A program made the position numbers and the translations under genes. The notes under the pieces are model-generated. The model had not been told where the DNA came from, did no database searches, and was given only the letters and a program-made list of their open reading frames with translations. This document shows positions 42,996-52,636 of a DNA stretch of 64,000 nt, piece by piece. Every line of letters begins with the position of its first letter. The first letter of the stretch is position 1. The DNA comes from Candidatus Woesebacteria bacterium (GTDB lineage: Bacteria; Patescibacteriota; Microgenomatia; UBA1400; UBA12108). Location: NCBI GenBank assembly GCA_018060845.1, contig JAGOVG010000001.1:152740-216739 (forward strand). Direction: 5' to 3'.

Positions 42996-43862
42996 ATGTC
43001 TGATATCGATATTAAGCGAACAGCGAATGGACTCCGTGCTGACACCCTCAAAATGGTACATGCAGCTGGAGCTGGACACATAGCGGGACCACTATCCTCG
43101 GCAGAAATCATTGCAACGCTATATTTTACTGATTTAGTAGACCTGGCCAAAGACAAGATAGTACTTTCGTGTGGCCACTACGTACCAGTGCAGTATGCGG
43201 CACTGTCGCGATTGGGATACATACCAAGGGGTGAGCTATCGAGCTTTATGCAAGCAGGTAGTAGATTGCCTGGCCACCCAGAGCGAGGGATGACACCAGG
43301 GATTGAAGTGTCGGCAGGACCGCTGGGGCAGGGCGTCTCAGTCGCAGTTGGTATGGCCTTGGGGATGAAGATGCGGCATCAGAAATCAGAGTTAAATAAT
43401 GAAAGAGAGGGGAGGGTGTACTGCATCGTGTCTGACGGAGAGATCCAAGAAGGACAGGTGTGGGAAGCATTTAACCTGGCAGTACGCAGGCAGTTAGATA
43501 ACCTAATTTTTATCTTAGACAGAAATAGAATCCAGATAGGACATTTTATTTCTGAGGTAGCTACGTACGGCAATGTCGAGGGTAGGTTTGAAGCTTTTGG
43601 GCTGCATACCCTAACAGTTGATGGGAATGATGGAGTTAGCGTTTATAGAACAATTGCGAATGTAAAAGGTGTAAAAGGATCGCCTTTCATGATTGTTGCA
43701 AATACAGTGGCAGGCAAAGGGGTGTCTTTTATGGAGAATGATCCCAAGTGGCATGATAAAGCTATTACTGATCAAGAGCTATCTGATGCACTATGTGAAC
43801 TCGGACAACCGGAAAACTCGGAGCGCCAGAAAGTCGGAACATCAGATCATCTGAACCTCTGA
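42996..43862 (+). CDS. Transketolase, N-terminal (TPP-binding) subunit of a split enzyme
   Basis: AGAGHIAGPLSSAEIIATLYF and GHP...GSLGQG-type motifs. The C-terminal tail (PENSERQKVGTSDHLNL) is encoded by the CGGACAACC repeat. Confidence 0.8.
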   Translation: MSDIDIKRTANGLRADTLKMVHAAGAGHIAGPLSSAEIIATLYFTDLVDLAKDKIVLSCGHYVPVQYAALSRLGYIPRGELSSFMQAGSRLPGHPERGMTPGIEVSAGPLGQGVSVAVGMALGMKMRHQKSELNNEREGRVYCIVSDGEIQEGQVWEAFNLAVRRQLDNLIFILDRNRIQIGHFISEVATYGNVEGRFEAFGLHTLTVDGNDGVSVYRTIANVKGVKGSPFMIVANTVAGKGVSFMENDPKWHDKAITDQELSDALCELGQPENSERQKVGTSDHLNL

Positions 43863-43908
43863 TTCTCTGGGTTACTGAATATCTGAGTGTTCTGATTGTC
43901 TGAAAGGA
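43801..43908. repeat. CGGACAACC-family repeat, copy C: head plus about seven phased ~9-10 bp TCTGAW units, spanning the tkt N/C intergenic spacer
   Basis: tcggacaaccggaaaactcggagcgccagaaagtcggaacatcagatcatctgaacctctgattctctgggttactgaatatctgagtgttctgattgtctgaaagg. Confidence 0.6.
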
Positions 43909-44883
43909 ATGAATATGTATAACAGCAAATTATTATTACCAGAGTGGAGAACGCCAACCCTCAAAGCAATTCGCAGTGGAGTAGCTGCAGGACTCGAGAG
44001 TATCGCGAGTGATGAGCGCGTGGTCGTCTTATCGGGCGACCTAGCAGAGAGCGTTAAGATCCAGGATTTTGCAGAAAAGTACCCGGAGCGATTTGTTGAA
44101 GTCGGGGTAGCAGAGCAAAACATGGCGGGGGTTGCGGCTGGGCTCTCATTTACCGGCCATATCCCGTTTATGGCGAGCTATGCTACTTTCTCACCTGGCC
44201 GTAACTGGGAACAGATCCGGGTGTCTATCGCTCTCTCAAAGGCGAACGTTAAGATAATTGGCAGCCATGCTGGTGTATCTGTAGGGGTTAACGGACCATC
44301 ACATATGGGGACTGAAGACATAGCTATTATGCGAGTGTTACCTAATATGGTGGTACTAGCTCCCGCTGATGCTAATGAGTGTGCGAGCGCAATAGCCGCG
44401 AGTTATCACCATGGTGGCCCAGTCTACATCCGGACTACTAGACCAGACACACCAGTGTTTTTGAAACCTAGAGATTTTGAGATAGGTAAAGCTTGGACCC
44501 TCCGAGAGGGGCGAGATTTAACGATTGTAGCCTGTGGGATCCAGGTTTATCAGAGTCTATTAATCGCTGAGCGATTGTCGAAGCTCGGGATAGAGTGTGA
44601 AGTAATTAATGCGAGTTCTATCAAACCAATAGATAGCGAAACTATACTCTATAGCGCTGAGCGAACTGGGCGAGTAGTAACCATCGAAGATCATCAAATA
44701 TCTGGTGGGTTAGGTGGGGCAGTAGCTGAAGTGTTGGGTGGTATTGGGGTGCCACAGCTTAGGCTCGGGATCAAGGATTCTTTTGGGATAAGTGGAAAGT
44801 GGGAAGAGGTGTATAAAGCGATGGGGATAGATCAAGTTAGCCTCGAGCAGGCTGTGATAGACTACTATCATGACAAATTATGA
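43909..44883 (+). CDS. Transketolase, C-terminal (pyrimidine-binding plus C-terminal domain) subunit
   Basis: VGVAEQNMAGVAAGLS...SYATFS...IGSHAGVSVGVNGPSHMG. Confidence 0.8.
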   Translation: MNMYNSKLLLPEWRTPTLKAIRSGVAAGLESIASDERVVVLSGDLAESVKIQDFAEKYPERFVEVGVAEQNMAGVAAGLSFTGHIPFMASYATFSPGRNWEQIRVSIALSKANVKIIGSHAGVSVGVNGPSHMGTEDIAIMRVLPNMVVLAPADANECASAIAASYHHGGPVYIRTTRPDTPVFLKPRDFEIGKAWTLREGRDLTIVACGIQVYQSLLIAERLSKLGIECEVINASSIKPIDSETILYSAERTGRVVTIEDHQISGGLGGAVAEVLGGIGVPQLRLGIKDSFGISGKWEEVYKAMGIDQVSLEQAVIDYYHDKL

Positions 44884-45823
44884 TGTGGTAACGGTCGGCG
44901 CTGCAGTACTCGATATTTTTATGCGTTCGGAGAAGTTTAAGGTAGTTCAATCCAATGACTTGCCTGGGGGAATTGCGATGTGTCAGGTGTACGGTGGCAA
45001 GATGGAGGTAGAGCAAGTAGTGATTACAACAGGGGGAGGAGCGACAAACACAGCAGTCTCTTTTGCCAGAAAAGAGCTAAAGACAGCTGTAATTGCAGAG
45101 ATGGGGAACGACCCTCAAGCACTCTTAGTTCACAAAGAGCTAGAAGAAGATGGGGTTGATACTCGCTACCTTGTGCAAGAAGCTGACGAGACGACAGCAG
45201 TGTCAGTGATTCTAATTGCTGATGATGGAGGTAGGAGTATTATGGTTCATCGCGGTGCATCGGCTATGCTGTCGAAGCGAGACATGCCCCTAGAAGATCT
45301 AGAGACTAAGTGGCTCTATATCTCATCGCTCGGCGGCAACATGGATCTACTTAAAAACCTCATCAACTGGGCTAACCTAAAAAAAATTAGAATTGCGCTA
45401 AATCCAGGTACTAAAGAGATCGAACACAGGGATAAATTGTTAAGCTTGCTCGCCAAGGTAGAAATACTTTTTGTTAATCGTGAGGAAGCGGGTAAGTTGT
45501 GGGGAATTGATTTTAGTGATGATGCTCTATGGAGCAGTCTTCAGCCACTACCTGGTGCACATGTGAGCGTGATTACTGATGGAGCACGAGGTGGCAAAGT
45601 GAGTATTGCTGGCAAAGTTCATTTTTATGAGGGTGAAAAAGTAAAGAAAGTAGTTGATACGACTGGTGCAGGCGATGCCTTTGCCTCGGGATATGTGGCA
45701 GCTGTGGTGTATGGCAAGAGTTATGAATCAGCTATCATGTGGGGCAAGAAGAATGCTACTGCGGTGCTCGGGGCTGTGGGGGCTAAAAAAGGGTTACTGA
45801 CTCTTTCGGAAATTAGTAGGTGA
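44870..45823 (+). CDS. PfkB-family carbohydrate kinase (ribokinase-like)
   Basis: VVTVGAAVLDIF near the N-terminus. DTTGAGDAFASGYVAA is the PfkB signature 2. Confidence 0.75.
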   Translation: MTNYDVVTVGAAVLDIFMRSEKFKVVQSNDLPGGIAMCQVYGGKMEVEQVVITTGGGATNTAVSFARKELKTAVIAEMGNDPQALLVHKELEEDGVDTRYLVQEADETTAVSVILIADDGGRSIMVHRGASAMLSKRDMPLEDLETKWLYISSLGGNMDLLKNLINWANLKKIRIALNPGTKEIEHRDKLLSLLAKVEILFVNREEAGKLWGIDFSDDALWSSLQPLPGAHVSVITDGARGGKVSIAGKVHFYEGEKVKKVVDTTGAGDAFASGYVAAVVYGKSYESAIMWGKKNATAVLGAVGAKKGLLTLSEISR

Positions 45824-45829
45824 TGGAAT

Positions 45830-47218
45830 ATGCAACCGGATATCATTGATCATGATAAAGATAGATCACGACAAGGCAAAGCAGAGTTTACAATAAATAA
45901 TTTGCCAGTTATTTATGAGTTCAATCAGTTAGATAGTGAGGAATTACATAGCAGTAGGAACTATACGGCTGTAGATGGAGTAGAAAATGGTTCGAGGATA
46001 TCTGATCTCAGTGTGAATGGTCATAAAGTTCCAATAGAGGGAGGTAACATTATTTTATCTTCTAATCTAGATCTCGCTATGCAAGTACCTGCTGACAATG
46101 CTTATGATCCACTCAGAGTACTTAAACAAAATCCAACCTGGGAAATACACCTTCCATGGGAAAGACTCGATTCACTTCTCAAGCTTGCCATCTTCTATCA
46201 TGAGCTTGGTCATCAACATGATCCAATAGAAGTAGAACAACCTGAGTTACCTGAGATAAATCATGATAATAATATTATTATAATCAATGGTCCTCAAGCG
46301 GCTGTAAACTCAATAATTTTCTCTGACATGGTAGTGCGTAGTGGTTTTGATGACTTAATACAAATCGTGCACACATTACACACTTTTTACAAGGACAGAT
46401 CTGAAGCTGAGTATAGGAGTGAAGCAAGAGCGAATGGTTATATGGTGCGGCTACTCAGAGAGCATTTTGGAAGTGGAAACGAAGACGTTGAGCGAGTAAT
46501 AAGCTCTGTCATTGGCGTTAATGTAATTCGGAACGTACTAAAAGGCAACCCATATAAGACAATTAGCATACCAGGCGGGAGACATATTGGAAAATGGGCG
46601 TTGGACAGGGGCTTAATGGCAATGGTTAATGAACTGGAAAATTCTAATACAATCATTCCTGAAATTAACCCAGATGGGTCTATACGCAGTTACATGAAGC
46701 CAATTGCTGAATTAAACTCAATAGAAGATCGGAAAATCGCACCAAACTTAAGGGAGCAACAACACTGGGCGTATTTAATAGGCAAAGACGACCCAGTATA
46801 TAACCCAGGTGTTAGTTTTACGCCTGATGACTCTAATATTGTGAACCTAGAAGACTATTTTCCCAAATCTGGAGATATTTTAACTATTTTTGACTCTGCT
46901 AACCGAGAGCTAGAATACATAATTGAGGATATGGGTTCACTCGATAATGAAGATCCATCGATAAAATTTAGGATTGTTTCTAATGACCCTTACCGTAGAG
47001 AGTATTCAATTACGTACGAAGCGTCAATTCATTCTTTTAACCTCAATGACTTCGATCCATACCCATATATAGTTACCCCAGACAACAAAATAACTAAGAT
47101 AAATATTCAACCTCGTCTTTACTCCCGAGATTTATTATCGAGAGCAAAGTTGCTCTTATCAGAGTTATATGAAGAAATGTTTCCTGAGGAAGACTATCTA
47201 GCTTCTTACATGGATTGA
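45830..47218 (+). CDS. Hypothetical protein with an HExxH motif (possible zinc metallopeptidase)
   Basis: FYHELGHQHDP. No other recognisable family signature. Confidence 0.4.
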   Translation: MQPDIIDHDKDRSRQGKAEFTINNLPVIYEFNQLDSEELHSSRNYTAVDGVENGSRISDLSVNGHKVPIEGGNIILSSNLDLAMQVPADNAYDPLRVLKQNPTWEIHLPWERLDSLLKLAIFYHELGHQHDPIEVEQPELPEINHDNNIIIINGPQAAVNSIIFSDMVVRSGFDDLIQIVHTLHTFYKDRSEAEYRSEARANGYMVRLLREHFGSGNEDVERVISSVIGVNVIRNVLKGNPYKTISIPGGRHIGKWALDRGLMAMVNELENSNTIIPEINPDGSIRSYMKPIAELNSIEDRKIAPNLREQQHWAYLIGKDDPVYNPGVSFTPDDSNIVNLEDYFPKSGDILTIFDSANRELEYIIEDMGSLDNEDPSIKFRIVSNDPYRREYSITYEASIHSFNLNDFDPYPYIVTPDNKITKINIQPRLYSRDLLSRAKLLLSELYEEMFPEEDYLASYMD

Positions 47219-48129
47219 CGGATTATTTTAGCGGAGTTGTGAAGGGCGGCTAGCTCGGACACTGATAGTGGGATATCTATGACCCGCTCTACTCCCCCAC
47301 GACCCAAAATACAGGGGAGTGAGAGGCTGACATTTGTTAGGCCGTATTGTCCTGTTAGCGGGGTTGATAGAGGAATAATTTTTTTACTGTCGCGCATGAT
47401 CGTTTCGACTATGTGAGTAACGGCGCTAGCGATGCCGTAGTAGGTAGCACCTTTGCCGCTAATGATTTTGTAGGCATCTTTGCGAGTCTGATCCTGTGCC
47501 CACTGGATGTGGTCGGGAGACATCTCAGGGAAGCTGAGGAGTGGTTTACCACCGATTGTTGCAGTACTCGTAGCTGCAAAACTAGAGTCACCGTGCTCAC
47601 CTAAGATGTAGGTGTGAATGCTCTTAGCACTAATTTTTACCCCCTTGCTTAGATGTAGTCTAAAACGAGCCGTGTCTAAGAGGGTGCCGCTGCCAAATAC
47701 TCTACCCTCAGCTAGTCCGGCCTTGGTGACGGCGCGATAAGTCATGATATCTACGGGGTTAGCGACCATGAGGATTAAGGTGTGAGGAGCATGTTTGACT
47801 ATGTTGGGGATGATCGAATCAACGATTGCGCAGTTGTTCTTAGCTAGGTCTAACCTAGTCTCACCTGGTTTTTGAGCGCAACCTGCGGTAAAGATCACTA
47901 GGTCGGTGCCTGCCAAATCCTCGTAATTACTGCTGGCGATAATGTTACATTTGGGGTAGAAGGGCATACCATGCTCTAAGTCAGCCTTCTCGCCCTCAGC
48001 TTTGCTTTTTTCGCGGCTAAAAAGGACTAGTTCTGTAGCTAGACCTTTGAGGAGGATGGCGTAGGCGGTGGTGATACCGACTCGACCTAGACCAACGATT
48101 GCGACTTTAAATGTTTCTTGTTTGAGCAT
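47206..48129 (-). CDS. L-lactate/malate dehydrogenase family enzyme
   Basis: KVAIVGLGRVGITTAY is the Rossmann segment. GEHGDSS is the catalytic His loop. The substrate (lactate vs malate) cannot be decided. Confidence 0.8.
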   Translation of the reverse strand: MLKQETFKVAIVGLGRVGITTAYAILLKGLATELVLFSREKSKAEGEKADLEHGMPFYPKCNIIASSNYEDLAGTDLVIFTAGCAQKPGETRLDLAKNNCAIVDSIIPNIVKHAPHTLILMVANPVDIMTYRAVTKAGLAEGRVFGSGTLLDTARFRLHLSKGVKISAKSIHTYILGEHGDSSFAATSTATIGGKPLLSFPEMSPDHIQWAQDQTRKDAYKIISGKGATYYGIASAVTHIVETIMRDSKKIIPLSTPLTGQYGLTNVSLSLPCILGRGGVERVIDIPLSVSELAALHNSAKIIRQSM

Positions 48130-48177
48130 TGATTACAGTATATCAGCTGCAGTACCAATTGGATTAACTGTTTGTTT

Positions 48178-48275
48178 GCGAGAATCTCGTATCAGGAAAA
48201 AACTAAGTCGTTCGTAGACCGCTCTCGCGATACTCACTTGGTTAGTTTTTTACTTGATTTCTCGTACTTACGCTG
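48178..48275. repeat. Intergenic repeat family B, copy 2, in the ldh/cmk divergent region
   Basis: gcgagaatctcgtatcaggaaaaaactaagtcgttcgtagaccgctctcgcgatactcacttggttagttttttacttgatttctcgtacttacgctgca. Confidence 0.65.
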
Positions 48276-48302
48276 CACAAACAATTAATCCAATGATTAC
48301 TC

Positions 48303-49037
48303 ATGTGTGGTACGATAATTAGCGTGAAGAAAACTTTTCATATCGCAATAGATGGGCCTGTGGCAGCAGGCAAGGGGACTACCGCAAAATTGGTTGCACA
48401 GAGATTGGGTTTTCTTTATGTTGATACTGGTGCAATGTATAGAGCACTAGCACTAAAGATGATTAGAGAAGGTATAACACTTACTGACGAGCTGAGCGTT
48501 GCCGCAAAACTAGCTGAGACCAACCCCCAAGTATCACTACGCGTCCCAGCTGATGAAGAGAGAGATGGTAGGCTATGTACGGTCATCCTGGACGGCGAAG
48601 ATGTGAGCTGGAAAGTGAGGACTGAGGAAGTATCTAAGGGTGTATCAGTAATTACTCAATATGCAGAGGTGCGGGATCTGATTACGCCAATGGCTCGCGC
48701 CATTGCAGAAACTAATAATGTGGTCATGGAGGGAAGAGATATTACGAGCGTGGTTTTGCCTAATGCCGACCTTAAGATATATATGGAAGCGGAGGCGATG
48801 GAGAGAGCACGGCGTAGACATCGAGAGCTCTTAATGAGAGGCGAGGATATAAGCTTAGAAATAGTTTATGCTGATTTGGTAGAACGAGACGAGCGGGACA
48901 GTAATCGGGAGATAGCGCCGCTCAAGAAGGTTCCAGGGGCCTGGATACTCGATACAACAGGCATGACAATAGATCTGGTCGCAGAAAAAATAGTTGAGAG
49001 AGTTAATGAGTTGATAAGCGGCGGACCTGTGGTATGA
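48303..49037 (+). CDS. cmk: Cytidylate kinase
   Basis: HIAIDGPVAAGKGTTAKLVAQRLGFLYVDTGAMYRA. Confidence 0.85.
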   Translation: MCGTIISVKKTFHIAIDGPVAAGKGTTAKLVAQRLGFLYVDTGAMYRALALKMIREGITLTDELSVAAKLAETNPQVSLRVPADEERDGRLCTVILDGEDVSWKVRTEEVSKGVSVITQYAEVRDLITPMARAIAETNNVVMEGRDITSVVLPNADLKIYMEAEAMERARRRHRELLMRGEDISLEIVYADLVERDERDSNREIAPLKKVPGAWILDTTGMTIDLVAEKIVERVNELISGGPVV

Positions 49038-49249
49038 GAAAAAATGATGCTGAGCTAGAGACAGCAGAACCAGAAGAAGTAAGCGAAAAAGAAGAAAAAA
49101 AAGCAAAGCGAAAAGAGGGTGCAGACAAGAGGCGTAATCAAAAGAAGAAAGACAAAATCGCTCGGTGGAGTGGTTTTATCCTACTATTGGTTGTGATTAT
49201 GGTTGGGTTTTTGATGTGGATTGCTGGAGAGATAAATACAGGTTATTAG
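49034..49249 (+). CDS. Small Lys-rich protein with a C-terminal TM
   Basis: EKEEKKAKRKEGADKRRNQKKKDK, then WSGFILLLVVIMVGFLMWIAG. Confidence 0.35.
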   Translation: MRKNDAELETAEPEEVSEKEEKKAKRKEGADKRRNQKKKDKIARWSGFILLLVVIMVGFLMWIAGEINTGY

Positions 49250-51459
49250 AGAACTTTCCCGGTTTCTGTTGAATCGCAATTTAGTTTAGGTTCTTGGCCA
49301 CGGATAAAGTATTCGTAATGCTTACTTTCGCAAGAGGCTCTGGCTCTTACAATACTATCTGGTTTGGTAAAGGGTGAGTCAGCGCGACCATCGAGCAAAC
49401 TCTGCATTGTACGACTCCAAATAGGACTAGCTCCTGTGATACCAGAGACCACGCTACTCATGGGCGAGTTGTCGTTGTTGCCGACCCAGGTCGCAACTAA
49501 ATAGTCGGGAGTGTAGCCGATTGTCCAGTTGTCGCGGAGGTTGTTGGTGGTGCCAGTTTTGACTGCCACTGTTTTGTTTTTGATATTTAAGACAGAATTG
49601 AAGCCAAAGGCAGGACTACGGGCGTTGTTGTCTGATAAAGTTTGGTTGATTTGAAAGGCGACAGTCTCAGGGATTACTTGAGACGACTCTTGAATACCTA
49701 GAACACTTAGTTGGTTTCCACTGGCATCTTGGACTCTGAGGATCGGATTAAGTGGTACCTTGGTGCCATTGTTGGCAAAGACTGAGTATGCTTGTGAGAG
49801 ATCGAGCATCGTCACTTCGCCTCCACCCAGAGTCAGAGCTAGGCCAAAACGAGAAGGGTCGTTCCAGGTATTTATACCCATTGATCTGGCTAGTTCGACC
49901 AAGTTTTCGACTCCCAAGCTATTTAAGAGCTTGATCGCAGGGATGTTGTATGAGCTACCGAGAGCCGTTTTTAGAGTTACTTTGCCATGAAAGTTCCCAT
50001 CATAGTTTTTTGGACAATAATCGCTCGTTCCCGCTTGTCTAAAACAGATTGGTGCATCTTCGATAGTACTACTCGGAGACATGCCGCGCATAAATGCTAG
50101 AGCATAAGTTAGTGGCTTGATTGAGCTACCGGGCTGTCTCTCAGAGAGAATGATGTTTACTTGACCATCATGCGTGGTGTCAAAGAAATTACGTGACCCA
50201 ACCATCGCCAATATTTCGCCGTTTTTTGGACTAATAATCAACCCAGCGCCATTGTTTACATTTAGATTATTTAGTTTGGCTAGTTCAACGTTTATTTCTT
50301 GCTGCATTTTATTTTGGAGATTGATATCGAGAGTAGTGGTCACAGTTAGTCCGCCGCGACTCAGCGTCGATTCCCCAAATTGCTTGGCGAGCAGGCTCCT
50401 GACATACATAACAAAATGGGGTGCGAGGATCTGGCTGCTACTAGCGCTTAAGTTAAGAGGTTCTGAGACAGCTTCTAGCTTCTCATTTTCGGTAATCATG
50501 TTTAGCTGTACCATACGCTCGAGCACCTGATGTTGTCTGACCTTTGACAAGTATGGGGTAGTACCAAATGGGGAGAGGGTGGTAGGTGAGACAGGGAGAC
50601 CAGTTAAGAACGCTGCTTCGGCAAGAGTTGTATCTTTGACGCTTTTACCGAGATATTGGCGCGAGGCTTCTTCGATACCGTATGCGGTACCGCCATACGG
50701 GACTTGGTTGAGATACATTTCTAAGATCTCATCTTTGGTAAACATTGACTCAGTACGCAGTGCTAAAACAACTTCTTTGAGTTTGCGAGTAATGGTTCGC
50801 TCTGAGGAGAGGAGAGTATTTTTGATTAGTTGTTGGGTAATAGTACTGCCGCCTTGAAGAGAGGAGGTACATGGTTCAAGGTTAAAGGTGCAAGAAAAAT
50901 TGTTGACAATAGCCCTAGCGATTCCTGAGAAATCAATCCCGGGATGGTTGTAAAAATTTTTGTCTTCGGCTGCGAGCGTGGCGTTAGTAATATTAGTCGG
51001 TAGCTCAGAGAGTGTGATTAATGACCTGTTTTCATCTTTGTAAATCTGGTACAACAGAGTACCATTGCGATCTAGAATTTTCGTTGAGAGTGCTGGGAGA
51101 TTGGCTTTTAACAGACTAGGGGAGGGTAGATCTTTGAGAATGAAATAGTAAAAACTAGCAACGAGTAAAAGACTCGTAGTGCCACCAATAATGAAGAGTG
51201 GTCGTATTTTTGGAAGAGTTAATTTGGGTATAGAGAGGTGGGGGAGACTTAAGCTTTTGACCTTTTTTGTCTTAACAATTTTTTTGTTTTTGTTTTTCTT
51301 GGATTTTCTGAGAGTTAGATTATGAATACTTTTTTTGATCAGTTGATATATAGCAAGGACAGTTACTAGACAGACTGTGAACAGCAAAAAGATTGGTTTA
51401 CCAATATATTCTAGTGCTTTTGCGAGGGAAAGTGGTGCTTTAATTTTCTTAGACTTCAT
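49246..51459 (-). CDS. Class A penicillin-binding protein (GT51 transglycosylase plus transpeptidase)
   Basis: N-terminal TM. LAAEDKNFYNHPGIDFSGIARA is a GT51 motif. SSIKP (SxxK) and KTGT motifs. Confidence 0.85.
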   Translation of the reverse strand: MKSKKIKAPLSLAKALEYIGKPIFLLFTVCLVTVLAIYQLIKKSIHNLTLRKSKKNKNKKIVKTKKVKSLSLPHLSIPKLTLPKIRPLFIIGGTTSLLLVASFYYFILKDLPSPSLLKANLPALSTKILDRNGTLLYQIYKDENRSLITLSELPTNITNATLAAEDKNFYNHPGIDFSGIARAIVNNFSCTFNLEPCTSSLQGGSTITQQLIKNTLLSSERTITRKLKEVVLALRTESMFTKDEILEMYLNQVPYGGTAYGIEEASRQYLGKSVKDTTLAEAAFLTGLPVSPTTLSPFGTTPYLSKVRQHQVLERMVQLNMITENEKLEAVSEPLNLSASSSQILAPHFVMYVRSLLAKQFGESTLSRGGLTVTTTLDINLQNKMQQEINVELAKLNNLNVNNGAGLIISPKNGEILAMVGSRNFFDTTHDGQVNIILSERQPGSSIKPLTYALAFMRGMSPSSTIEDAPICFRQAGTSDYCPKNYDGNFHGKVTLKTALGSSYNIPAIKLLNSLGVENLVELARSMGINTWNDPSRFGLALTLGGGEVTMLDLSQAYSVFANNGTKVPLNPILRVQDASGNQLSVLGIQESSQVIPETVAFQINQTLSDNNARSPAFGFNSVLNIKNKTVAVKTGTTNNLRDNWTIGYTPDYLVATWVGNNDNSPMSSVVSGITGASPIWSRTMQSLLDGRADSPFTKPDSIVRARASCESKHYEYFIRGQEPKLNCDSTETGKVL

Positions 51460-51514
51460 CTTAGTTGGTATTGTATCCCCCCTTGTAGCTGAGAGTCTAG
51501 GTATAACTTGTGTG

Positions 51515-52636
51515 TTAGCGGAGAGTTTTTAGGGTTGGCCAAAGCCAGGAAACATTGTTGTCATAGCCTAGAGCCCAGAGTGCAATCCCACCTAGACCAG
51601 AGGATTTGACTAGCTCTAGCTTGAGTCTAATCGAGGTTTCGTTCTCGAAATAAATCTGAGTGGGTGATCCCGACTCGGTACTGACACCATATGGGGTTAG
51701 TGAGTTGCGATCCCAGATCAGCTCTAATGTCCTGTCTTGCAACATAGACTCTATTCGTTCAAGGCTCGCTGTTACCCCTCTGCTCTCGGTTGGTGCGTAT
51801 TTACTGTCATCAACTGTGTCCCATAGAGGTATGCCTAGGAGTAGTTTGGAAGAGGGCACGCTACTCGCTAATTCACCTAGATTCTTGATAATAGAGTGCT
51901 CAAACTCACCAGAAAAATCTCGAAGAGGTGAGTTAGGACCAGCGCGCTCACTTTTGGGCATGGTGTAGTCATATGTCATGACTACAAAATAATCTACATA
52001 ACTCTCGAGCTTGGGTAGATCCCAGAGCCTTGGACGTGCGGCGGCTGAAGCATAGATGCTAACTGACAATAGCTTATCCATTTGATCAAGTTGTATATGA
52101 AGTTCTTTAATAAAGAGGGTGAAGTTGTCTCTAATAGTGGCTGTGGTAGCGCCGACTGGCTCTAGGTCAATGTTTACTCCGACGGCGTTTGCTTCTTTGA
52201 CAGTATTCACAATATTTTTAACTGCAGTTTGGCGTGAGGTGGGGGACGCGATCATGTTAACTAGTGCGTCTTCATCTTCTTGCATGAATGTTAGGATCAA
52301 GTTATTGTAAGGGGGAGCACTAAGTAGTCTTTTGTAGTTGGTATATCCTGGATCTTCTTCGCGAGCATTTACTTTTGTGTATATTTCGCCGTTCCCACGC
52401 AGATGGATTGCAAAGTATGCAAAGTGAGTAATAGTATCTAGCGACTCAGCTGATAATTTTTTCATGTTCCAGTACGGGGCAAACCCAAGAATGACGTAAT
52501 CCTTTTTGCCAGTAGGATTGTTGTCTAGGTCTATATTTGCTCCCAGTGGCGAGATGGGGATTTGGGGTGGGAGCAGGATATAGGTTGCAATCGAGCAGGT
52601 GACGACCAGAGCTACTAGAAGGAATAACTTCTTCAT
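51515..52636 (-). CDS. Secreted GH18-like (chitinase-fold) protein, possibly non-catalytic
   Basis: Signal peptide. ILGFAPYWN. GVNIDLEPV in place of DGxDxDWE, so the catalytic Glu context is altered. Confidence 0.5.
   Translation of the reverse strand: MKKLFLLVALVVTCSIATYILLPPQIPISPLGANIDLDNNPTGKKDYVILGFAPYWNMKKLSAESLDTITHFAYFAIHLRGNGEIYTKVNAREEDPGYTNYKRLLSAPPYNNLILTFMQEDEDALVNMIASPTSRQTAVKNIVNTVKEANAVGVNIDLEPVGATTATIRDNFTLFIKELHIQLDQMDKLLSVSIYASAAARPRLWDLPKLESYVDYFVVMTYDYTMPKSERAGPNSPLRDFSGEFEHSIIKNLGELASSVPSSKLLLGIPLWDTVDDSKYAPTESRGVTASLERIESMLQDRTLELIWDRNSLTPYGVSTESGSPTQIYFENETSIRLKLELVKSSGLGGIALWALGYDNNVSWLWPTLKTLR

Noticed and set aside
42795-43083. ORFs 42795..42986 and 42841..43083
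   Set aside because: Both run through the family C structured repeat and into the transketolase leader, with no motifs. Superseded by the repeat annotation and the tkt N-terminal subunit start at 42996.
49070-49160. Lys/Glu-rich low-complexity DNA (aaagaagaaaaaaaagcaaagcg...)
   Set aside because: It is coding sequence of the small Lys-rich protein 49034..49249. This is compositional, not a regulatory repeat.
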